Shown: one piece after another, positions 49,957-58,689 of the stretch
Numbering within the stretch: position 1 is the first letter of the stretch
Layout: every line of letters starts with the position of its first letter
DNA from: Longimicrobiales bacterium
GTDB taxonomy: Bacteria > Gemmatimonadota > Gemmatimonadetes > Longimicrobiales > Gaopeijiaceae
DNA: 64,000 nt
Direction of reading: 5' to 3'
NCBI GenBank assembly: GCA_965116905.1
Contig: OZ220732.1
Span: forward strand, 192,001-256,000
The notes under the pieces: model-generated
Databases searched by the model: none
Seen by the model: only the letters and a program-made list of their open reading frames with translations
What the model was told of the DNA's origin: nothing
Translations under genes and position numbers: made by a program

Positions 49957-52900
49957 TCGTCCTCCCAGTTGCGCACCCGCCGCAGCGGCGCCAGCTCCGG
50001 CAGATCCTTCAGATTGCGGGCCGTCCAGTCGGCGAAGCGGCACGACACCTGCCCCCAGTTGCCGCTCCGCACCCCGCACACCTCGCCGTAGTCACAGAAG
50101 CGGCAGTCGTTCTTCGCGTTGTCGGTCGCCGGGAAGTCCCCCGCGGCGACGCCTTCGAGCAGGGTCGCGACAAGGAGTCCGCCGGTTTCCAGCTCTTCCG
50201 TCTCGAACGGCCACACGCGGTTCTCGCCGCGACGCGTCGGGAAGTGGTATTCCATCCCGCTGACGGTTCTGTCCAGGACGGCGGCAGCCGCCAGGGTGTA
50301 GATCACGTGCTGCACGCGGCGGCCGCCGTCGTAGATCCCCGACTTCCCGCCGTAGCCGTGGTCGGTGCCGGTCTTGTAGTCGACCACGCGCAGCTCGGCC
50401 CCGTGGTCGTCGAGCCTGTCGATGTAGCCGCGCACCTGCACGGGTCGCCCGTCCGCGTCGATCGCCACGGGATCGTCGGTCATCCCGAAGGGCATCTCCA
50501 GGGCGATCCATGGCGGCGGTTCGCTGCGGATCATCTCGACAAAGGACCGGGCGTCGTCGCGCAGCGCCGCCATCTCCCACTCGTGGACGGCACGGCTTGG
50601 CGCGGGCACCTGCCACAGCTTCCGCGCCCCCTCGTCGTCGACAAGCGACAGGGCCAGCGCGACAAAACCCTCGTCTTTGGGGTCCAGTCCCCGTTCCCGC
50701 GCCAACTCCAGTGTGTGCTGGTAGACCGAGTGCAGGAGACTGCCCCGCTCAAGCGGGTTGAGCCAGCGGTGGGCATCGAACTCCGGGTCGTCGGGCGGAT
50801 AGGCGCGCAGGACATAACTGAACAGGAAGCGGCGCGGGCAGGCGCCCAGGCTTCCCAGGCCGCTCGCCGAGAACGTGTGCCCCGAGAGGTCCTGGTACGA
50901 GAGCGGGGGAGACGGCGTGCCCAGAAACCCCGTGTGCACCGAGGCCAGATCGCTCCGCAACCCCTCAGCTGCCGCCATCCCCAGGCCCAGTCGGGGATAG
51001 GCATGCCCGACCGCCTCGAGGCCGTCGAGCAGCCTGCCGTCGGCCGAAGCGAGGGTGCGAAGCCAGACATCTCCCGCGTCCACGTCGGTGGCAAGTTCGG
51101 CTCGCGGAAGGCGGGACTCGCTGGCGCCCAGGTGAGCCTCGAGGTCCTCGAAGCTGAGGGTCCGGTCACCCTCGCGCAGGCGCAGCGCCTGGAGCAGTTC
51201 CGGCGCCGGTGCCAGTTCGCGCGCCTCGGCCGGATCCCAGCGCGAGTAGCTGAGGGTCAGCGTCCCCCGGAGACGCGCGATCAGCTGGGCGAAGTTGAAG
51301 CGGGCCTCCGTTGTCCGGTCGCGCGCGAGGGGAAGCTCGCCGCGGCCGAGGTGCCACCGCTCCCTGTCCAGCAGCAGCGGGTCCTCCATCGTGGACCCGG
51401 GGAAGCGCCCCGAGTCCATTCCCACGACAAAGGTGTAGGGCCGACCCGTGGCTCCGCCGTGGGCGAAGTCGGTCAGGTAGAGGTGGCCGGCAGCCGAGCT
51501 CCAGGGCGCCATCCCCTCGGCTCTCGGCGCGGGAATGCGGATCTGGAGGAAGGACTTGACGATGGCCGCGGCCGACGCGTAGTCGGTCGGCCGGGTCAGC
51601 GTCGCCTCGATCCGGTCGAGCTGGCGGAGCAGCCGGTCCCGGGCGGTGTCGTCGGTGTCGGTGCCCGGGGCGACGCGCGCGAGGATGCTCTTGACGCCGG
51701 TAGCGACCCGGGCGGGGGACACGGTGCCGTCGACTGGCGGGGTGGCCTCCAGCAGAGGCCGAATGAGCGCTTGCAGGGCGAGCAGGTTTTCGCGCCTTCG
51801 CTGCTTGAGCCGCTCGAAGCTCTCCTCGTTCTGCAAGGGGCGCCGCCTCAGGCCGTCCAGACCCTCGATGGCCCGCTCGACCCGGGCGATATGGCGCTCC
51901 TTGCCCCACCCGATCCGCAGCCGTCTCAGTTCGCGGGCCAGGCCGGGACCCCGCAGCCGGTCGGCCGGCGGTGGCGGCTGCACGTCCCCGGCCTCGATCA
52001 GGGCCCGCAGGCGCGATTCATGGAAGTCGTTCTCGATCCACTGGAAGTAGGTCGTGACCACGCGGCCGGGGCGTGTGCGTTCTACGGGCAGGCCCACCGC
52101 GAAGGTGACGGGTATGTCCAGGGCCTCCGCCAGCGCATGCAGCGCCGACCCGTAGAGGGAAGGATCCGCGGCGATCACCTCGACCTCGTCCCAGCGTGCC
52201 CCCAGGTCGATCGCGCGGCGCAGGACTCCACGCACTTCGTCGCAGACCGAGCCCGCGGCGAAGAGTTCGATGCGCGGCCGCGGCCCTTCGAAGCGCTCGA
52301 CGGCGTGCAGATAGCTTCCGGCCGCGGTGGGTGGCGCTACGTCCCAGAGGATGCCCTTCGGCACCCGCATGCCCTCGACCGGGTCCGTCCTGAGGAGGGA
52401 CGCGCCCCGGACCTGCAGCGCGCGCGCGAAACGTCCCGCCAGCCCGCGGTCGGGGAGGCCCGGCAACAGGAACGTCGGATCGCTCAGGGGCGGGGCGGCG
52501 GTCTCGTCTTCGAGAATCCGTGTGGCGGTACTCAGCACCATCGCATTGTCCGCGAGGTTGCTGGCTTCCAGGAGTTCCTCGTACCGGCAGAGCACGGCAG
52601 TGATCAGCGCCTGCCGATCCGTCGCCCCCGCGGGGCGCTCGATCGCGCGGGAATCGATGCCCCCCAGGCGCAGGGCCGCCACCGAGTGACGGACCGCGTC
52701 GCGGAAGCCAACCTTTTCGCGGAGCGTCGGAAAACGGAAGCCGCGCCCCGCTTCGAGCGCTTCGTCGATCGCACGCTCCACAAGCGCGTGCTCGTCGAAG
52801 GAGTCGATCACCGTGCGGCCAGCCCCCGACAGGTCACGCGCAACGATTTTTGATGCGAGGGGTCGTAACGTGTTGACTTCAAAGCCAATCCATGACTGAC

Positions 52901-53096
52901 CGCGCAACGCGACCTGCCGCAGCAGCTCCTTCCCCTCGCCTCGCGTGCGTGCGATCAGGATCTTGCGGTCCCGCCCGCCGCGCCGGGCGATGCGCTCCAG
53001 CTCCTGCACAAGGCCGCAGGCGGTGGCGTCGCCGCCGGAGGGGGGTGGGGTGGGGTGGCCGCGGCCTCTCTCGAAGTCGAGGTAGAGCTGGCTCAC
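49953..53096 (-). CDS. addB: AddB-type subunit (degenerate helicase plus Fe-S PD-(D/E)xK nuclease)
   Basis: FSAS...ACPRRF, RGSLLH, GYIDRLD, VVDYKTG, CRFCDYGEVC (four-Cys staple); GTGA-coupled to addA. Confidence 0.85.
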
Positions 53097-54232
53097 GCCG
53101 GGCCACTCGCGGCGCCGGCTTCCGGGTGGGCGTGCTCGCCGAACAGCCGCCCCAGCCGGCGCGCCTTACGCCGCCGCCAGATGCCCCGGTGGTAGGCGTC
53201 GCTGGCCAGCAGGGAGAGCGTGATGGTGGCCTCTCCGTACACCATGCGTTCCCGCGCGGTTTCGACCTTGCCCCAGGTGGTCGCCTCGCGCAGGGTGGAG
53301 CCCGAGAGGCCCCCGTCGCGTACATCCGCCACCGTGAGCTGAACGGCGTATTTATGCATGGGGATCTCTGCCGTGCGGGGATCGCCGCCCTCCTCCCCAC
53401 CCCCCTCCATCAGCATCCGCGCGGCCACCACCGCATCCTGCGCGAAGTTCTTCGGCACGCCCCCACCCACCATCAGCAGGCCCGTCTCGGCCGCGGCCAG
53501 CTTGATCCTCGCCAGCTCGTGGAAGTCCTTTGCGGAATCGAAGGCGACATGGGGCAACCCCCGGCCGGCCGCCCTCACGCGGTGCGCGACCGCCCCGAAC
53601 CCCGCCGAGGAATCGCTCAGCGCCGGCACGAAGATCGGCACCTCCCTGCGGTACGCGGATAGCACGATCGAGCGGGCGTCGCCATGGTTGCGCGCCAGGT
53701 ACGCGCCCATCTCCCGCACGACCTCGCGGCTGGAGTGCGCGCGCGGCGCCATCCCGTCCAGGACCCCGGCCACGGTCTCGTCGCAGACCTGCAGCTCGGC
53801 CTCGTCGATGTACGTGTCGTAGATCCGGTCGATGCCGAGTTCCCTGAGCTCCTCGTCGCTCGCCGCCGGCGCCTCGACCGTCCCCGGAGCCATGTAGTGC
53901 CGGAACCCGAGCGCCTCGAAGAAGTCCTGGTCGACCACGATCGCGCCGGTCGCCACGACCACGTCGACCATGTCGCGCTCCACCAGCGCCAGCAGCGCCT
54001 CCTTGAGCCCGGCGGAGACGAGCGAGCCAGCCAGGGTCAGGATGACCACGCCGCGGTGCTCCTCCAGCATCTCGGCGAAGATGTCGGCCCCCTCGGCAAG
54101 GTTGCGGGCCTGGAAGGCGGCGCTCCGGTAGGTGTCGACCACCACGCGGCCGTCGAACGCGGTGATGTCGATGTGCTCGACCGGCCTGGCGAGCAGCCGG
54201 CTCTTCGCTACGGACCGGGAGCCCGTATCCAC
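53093..54232 (-). CDS. Deoxyhypusine synthase-like protein (SpeY-type, polyamine biosynthesis)
   Basis: PVEHIDIT.FD, TLAGS..SAG, IDRIYD, PALSDSSAG, GGGVPKNF, DGGLSGSTLREATTWGKV (catalytic Lys). Confidence 0.9.
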   Translation of the reverse strand: MDTGSRSVAKSRLLARPVEHIDITAFDGRVVVDTYRSAAFQARNLAEGADIFAEMLEEHRGVVILTLAGSLVSAGLKEALLALVERDMVDVVVATGAIVVDQDFFEALGFRHYMAPGTVEAPAASDEELRELGIDRIYDTYIDEAELQVCDETVAGVLDGMAPRAHSSREVVREMGAYLARNHGDARSIVLSAYRREVPIFVPALSDSSAGFGAVAHRVRAAGRGLPHVAFDSAKDFHELARIKLAAAETGLLMVGGGVPKNFAQDAVVAARMLMEGGGEEGGDPRTAEIPMHKYAVQLTVADVRDGGLSGSTLREATTWGKVETARERMVYGEATITLSLLASDAYHRGIWRRRKARRLGRLFGEHAHPEAGAASGPA

Positions 54233-54238
54233 GGACTC

Positions 54239-57178
54239 CTAGAACACCACCTCGACGCCGAGCCGGAACGTGCGGTTCGGCGACAACGTGATGCTGCTCT
54301 CGCTCCCGAGGGCCAGCCCGCTGCCGAAGGTCAGGCCGTTGAGCTCGCCGTCGATCAGCGCGTTGCGCGACCAGATCCAGAGGTTGCGGCCGGCGGCGTA
54401 CACGGTGGCGCGGTCGGCGTTGATGCGCCCGGCAATCCCCTCGGGCAGCGCGTAGCGCACCGAGACCTCGCGCAACTTGAAGTAGTCGCCGTCATAGATG
54501 AATGCGCTGCGGGCGTTGCTCTGGCTGTACCTGCCGCGTTCGGTGCCGTCCTTGTTGTACTGCACGGGGAAGGCATACGCGCACTCCGCCGCCGCCCCGT
54601 CCTCGGCGCCGCAGCGTACGAGCTCACGGCGGTAGATGCCGTTGAAGGTCGCCCACACCGAGCCCCAGTCGAAGACCTCGTGGCCGCCGGCCCAGTCGGC
54701 CAGCGCCGAGATGGTGAGGTCGTTGGCCACCGAGATGGTCGTGTGGATGCCGCCGCTCTTGTCCGGTGTCGGGAATCCGCCGGTGAACTGGCGTTCAGAG
54801 GCGTCGAAGAGCCCGTCGCCGTTGGTGTCCGACGGCATCGTGACCCACCAGGCCCCGACGGGCCCGCCGCGGCAGGTGTCCTCGTTCCCTTCCTCCGACA
54901 TCATCCAGCAGCCGGTGACCCGCTTCTGGGACCCGTCCACGGAGAAGTCGGGAACTCCGCCCATGTCGGCAATCTTGTTGTCGTTGTACGCGAAGGTGCC
55001 GCCGAGCGACCACGCCAGCATCCGGTGGTTGATCAACTGCACATTCAGCGTCACTTCGACGCCCCGGTTCAGGATCTCGCCCACGTTCTCCTGTTGCGTA
55101 CCGAGGCCGGTGACCGGCTGCCGGGGCACGCGGAACAGCGCGTCCGTCGTCCGTGCCTCGTACACCGTGGCGTTGAGACCGATGCGGTCCGACCACAGAG
55201 CGGCATCGATTCCCGCCTCGATCGTGGAGGTCTTCTCGGGTCTCAGCTCGAGGTTGCCGGGGTTCGCAAAGCGCGGCGCCGACTCGCCCCGGAAGGGACG
55301 CGCGGAAAACGTACGGTCCTTGCTGAAGGCACCCGGGAACTTGCCCGTCTGCCCGTAGGCCGCCCGGACCTTGAGTTCGTCGACAAACGGAATGCCGATG
55401 TCGTCCGAGAGCATGTACGAGCCGGTCGCCTTGGGATACAGCTCGAAGTCGATGTCGTCCCCGAAGCTCGAGCCCGCATCCATCCGGAAGCCGCCCCCCA
55501 GATACACCTTGTCCCACAGGCTCACCTGCTCGTCGAGGTACGCGCCCCCGTTGAAGACCTCGACGTTGCCCTCGTAGGCCGTGATGAGCGCGGCGGCGTC
55601 GAAGTCGTTGGTTCCCGGGAGTGCGAACGTCCGCCCGTAGCCGTTGATGAGGCTCATGTCCTCGCGGAACCCCTGCACGCCCACCGTGAGCGTGGACCCG
55701 AGCCAGCCGTCCCCCAACTCCCAGGAGTGGGTGGCACCCGCATCCATCGACACGGAGATGAAGGAGCGGTCGCGCCGGGTGATCTCGCCGGTGGGATCGT
55801 CGACGGTGAAGCCGATGGGCTGATACACTCGCTGGGCGTTGGTCCGGTGGTCCACGCCCACATTGAGCCGGGCCGAGAGGTCGTCCTGGATGTTCCAGCG
55901 GAGCCCGCCCGCGAAGATGGCCCGGGAAACCGCCTCGTCGATATCGGGCATGAGGAAGATGCGCAGCGCCTCGTGCAGGTCGGACGCCCCGGAGAAGAAG
56001 AGGGCGTCGCCGACCTCGAAGGTGGTCAGCGGGTCGTTGATCGCCGCACCGTTGTAGAGACGCTGGAAGTTGTGCCGGACGTAGCTCCCCGAAAACTCCA
56101 TCGTGAAGTCGTCGCTCAGCGAGGCCTGCATGCCGCCGCGCAGGTTGTAGTTCGTGCTTCCGTCCTTGGGCTGTGTCCCCGTGCGGTCTTCGAGACGGCC
56201 GCTGACGCTGTAGGTGACGTCGGCGGTTCCCCCGGACACGCCGGCGTAGTAGCTCTGGACGCTGCCCTGCTGAAAGTAGTTGTCCCGCATGAAGGTCTCG
56301 GCGACCTCGCCGCTCTCCACGCGCTCCGGGAAGACCAATCGCGTATCGAGGATGTTCCAGAGTTCGGCCTGTTCGATGCCCTGCTCGACCCTGGCCGTAA
56401 ACCGCGGCGCCCCGGGCATCCCCTTCTTTGTGAAGATCTGGATGACCCCGGTGGCCGCGTCCGAGCCGTAGAGGGTCGAGGCCGCGCCGCCCTTGGTGAC
56501 CTCGATCCGCTCGATGTCGCTGATAAGCAGGTCGGCCAGCGCGGACGACTGCTCGCCGCCGGTTCCGAACGCGGTGGCGTGGTCGTTGTCCACGCGCACG
56601 CCGTCGACGTAGATGACCGGGGTCTGCGGGTTGAAGACCGAGGACACGCCCCGGAAGTTGATCAGCGAACCCGTGCCCGGCTGCGCGGACGTCGCGCTGA
56701 TGGTCGCTCCGGCGACACGGCCCTGGAGAACCTGGTCGATGGACTGGACCGGGGCCAGCTCGAAGTCCTCGGCACTGAGCACCTCGACCGACGTTCCCAG
56801 CGCGCGGCGGGTGGTTTCCGCACCCACGCCCGTGACCACGATCTCGTTGAGCGCGATCGCCGTCGACACCAGTTCAATGTCGGTCGTCACCGTCTGGCCG
56901 GCGGCTACGGTCACCGTGCGCTCGACACCCTCGTAGCCGATCAGGGTCACCCGCACGACGTGTTCGCCGGCGGGCACGCTCAACAGCAGGTAGCGTCCGG
57001 ACGAGTTGGTGATCTGTCCGATTCCGGTCCCTTCGACCAGGACCTGGGCGTTGGAGAGCGGCCGCCCGGAGGCGTCGTCCAGGACCTGGCCCTGGACGAC
57101 GCCCGTCTGGGCTGTGGCCGGCGTGGCACCGACCGTCAGCGCCAGCACGGCCGCAAGCGCGGCGATGTGTTTGGTCAA
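54239..57178 (-). CDS. SusC-like TonB-dependent transporter (copy B)
   Basis: LNEIVVTG, DIERIEVTKGGAASTLYGSDAATGVIQIFTKKG, DGDYFKLREV, C-terminal F; TTG start. Confidence 0.92.
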   Translation of the reverse strand: MTKHIAALAAVLALTVGATPATAQTGVVQGQVLDDASGRPLSNAQVLVEGTGIGQITNSSGRYLLLSVPAGEHVVRVTLIGYEGVERTVTVAAGQTVTTDIELVSTAIALNEIVVTGVGAETTRRALGTSVEVLSAEDFELAPVQSIDQVLQGRVAGATISATSAQPGTGSLINFRGVSSVFNPQTPVIYVDGVRVDNDHATAFGTGGEQSSALADLLISDIERIEVTKGGAASTLYGSDAATGVIQIFTKKGMPGAPRFTARVEQGIEQAELWNILDTRLVFPERVESGEVAETFMRDNYFQQGSVQSYYAGVSGGTADVTYSVSGRLEDRTGTQPKDGSTNYNLRGGMQASLSDDFTMEFSGSYVRHNFQRLYNGAAINDPLTTFEVGDALFFSGASDLHEALRIFLMPDIDEAVSRAIFAGGLRWNIQDDLSARLNVGVDHRTNAQRVYQPIGFTVDDPTGEITRRDRSFISVSMDAGATHSWELGDGWLGSTLTVGVQGFREDMSLINGYGRTFALPGTNDFDAAALITAYEGNVEVFNGGAYLDEQVSLWDKVYLGGGFRMDAGSSFGDDIDFELYPKATGSYMLSDDIGIPFVDELKVRAAYGQTGKFPGAFSKDRTFSARPFRGESAPRFANPGNLELRPEKTSTIEAGIDAALWSDRIGLNATVYEARTTDALFRVPRQPVTGLGTQQENVGEILNRGVEVTLNVQLINHRMLAWSLGGTFAYNDNKIADMGGVPDFSVDGSQKRVTGCWMMSEEGNEDTCRGGPVGAWWVTMPSDTNGDGLFDASERQFTGGFPTPDKSGGIHTTISVANDLTISALADWAGGHEVFDWGSVWATFNGIYRRELVRCGAEDGAAAECAYAFPVQYNKDGTERGRYSQSNARSAFIYDGDYFKLREVSVRYALPEGIAGRINADRATVYAAGRNLWIWSRNALIDGELNGLTFGSGLALGSESSITLSPNRTFRLGVEVVF

Positions 57179-57187
57179 GCCAATCGG

Positions 57188-58663
57188 CTAGTTGAACGGC
57201 GACGCGTTGTTCGCCACCAGCACCTTGTTCATGTCGACGTGGATCGTCACCTCCATCTTGACCAGGGGAGCACCCGGGTCCACACCGTCGTAGAGGTCGA
57301 GAGGCGTGTAGATGTCCATCGCGTAGCGTGGATTCTGCGGGATGTAGGCGGGCACGATCGGCATGGTTCCCGGATCTCCCTCGTTGATGTTGTCGTTCTG
57401 GTCGATCTCGCGGAGCATCATCGGGAGCTTGATCCCGAGATCGGCGAGGCGGCGGCCCTCCAGCAGGAGGATCTCCTGCCGGGCCAGCCACAACGCGTGC
57501 CACACTTCGTTCGCGCTGCCCAGCCCCGCGATGCTGTCCGCACTCAGCGAGGTGCCCGAGATGTTCGGAATCTCCAGCCCGTCGCTCGGGCGATTGAGCA
57601 CCAGTCCGGCCCTGTAGGGACTGTCCGCATCGGCCCTGACCAGGATCTCCGCACTCCGCGGGCGCAGGCTGAGATCCGCGTTCCGCCGCTCGTCGATGTC
57701 GTCGAAGGACACCATGCTCCGGCTCTTCGCCAGCGTGACCGCATTCGCCAGGTGGCTGCGCGCCTCGCCGACGTTGCCACCCGCCAGCGCGGCCTCGGCG
57801 AGGATCAGGTGCATTTCCTCGGCCTTGGCGACCGGGATCGGCGAATCGCGCTCCGTGTACTTGGGATCCAGGAAGTCCAGCCTCGGGAGGGGCTGCATCT
57901 CCTGAAGCGCACGGAGGACGAGGAAGAATACCGACGTGTTGGCAAGGAACTGCTCGTCGTACGAGGGTGCGAAGAGGAAATCGGAAGACGCTCCCAGGAC
58001 GGCGTTCGCCGCCGAGGCGGCCGCGCCCGCGTCGCCCAGAAGCCGGTGGGCCCTTGCCAGCGCCGCGTTGGCCTGCGGTCCGAAGCCGGCTCCCGCCTGC
58101 AGGTCGCTGACCGCCCTGGTCAAGGCGACGTCGGCAGACTGCGGCGACCCGTCCTCCTCGTGGGGCACGTTGGAAAAGACCTCGCCCATGGTCAGGAAGG
58201 CCATGCCCCGGTAGTAGTGCGCCTCGGCCACGAGTGCCGGCGGCGCCCCGGGATCGTTGGGCGCGATCTCGTCAATCACGAAGTCCGCCAGCGCGCGCAA
58301 CTCCTGCACGTTCCAGTACACGCCACTGGCGCTGGTTCCGGTCCCGTTCACGTAGTCCGACGTCACCAGGTGCGGTTCGTCCATGTCCACGGGGATCCCC
58401 GTGCCATGGATCGAGTAGTTGTCGCTGATGACCTCGGCCGCGACCACGTACGCGTTGATCATCCGCGCGAACTGCGCCCTCAGTCCGGGCAGCAGCGCCT
58501 CCGTGGGGTTGGCAGCCTCGGCCAGGTCGTCGTCGGTCGTCGTCGGGTTGCTTACCTGGGTCGGATCGATGGCGTCACAGGCGACGACCGCCAGCACGGT
58601 CAGGAGCGCCGCGGCAACAGAGCGACCGCCCGCTGCGAAGATCGACATGTTCTTCTTTTTCAT
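57188..58663 (-). CDS. SusD-like lipoprotein
   Basis: Lipobox VVAC; AEAHYYRG; EEMHLILAEA; RQEILLLEGRRLAD. Confidence 0.88.
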   Translation of the reverse strand: MKKKNMSIFAAGGRSVAAALLTVLAVVACDAIDPTQVSNPTTTDDDLAEAANPTEALLPGLRAQFARMINAYVVAAEVISDNYSIHGTGIPVDMDEPHLVTSDYVNGTGTSASGVYWNVQELRALADFVIDEIAPNDPGAPPALVAEAHYYRGMAFLTMGEVFSNVPHEEDGSPQSADVALTRAVSDLQAGAGFGPQANAALARAHRLLGDAGAAASAANAVLGASSDFLFAPSYDEQFLANTSVFFLVLRALQEMQPLPRLDFLDPKYTERDSPIPVAKAEEMHLILAEAALAGGNVGEARSHLANAVTLAKSRSMVSFDDIDERRNADLSLRPRSAEILVRADADSPYRAGLVLNRPSDGLEIPNISGTSLSADSIAGLGSANEVWHALWLARQEILLLEGRRLADLGIKLPMMLREIDQNDNINEGDPGTMPIVPAYIPQNPRYAMDIYTPLDLYDGVDPGAPLVKMEVTIHVDMNKVLVANNASPFN

Positions 58664-58689
58664 TTGTCTGGTCTCCTTGTCAGAGCGGT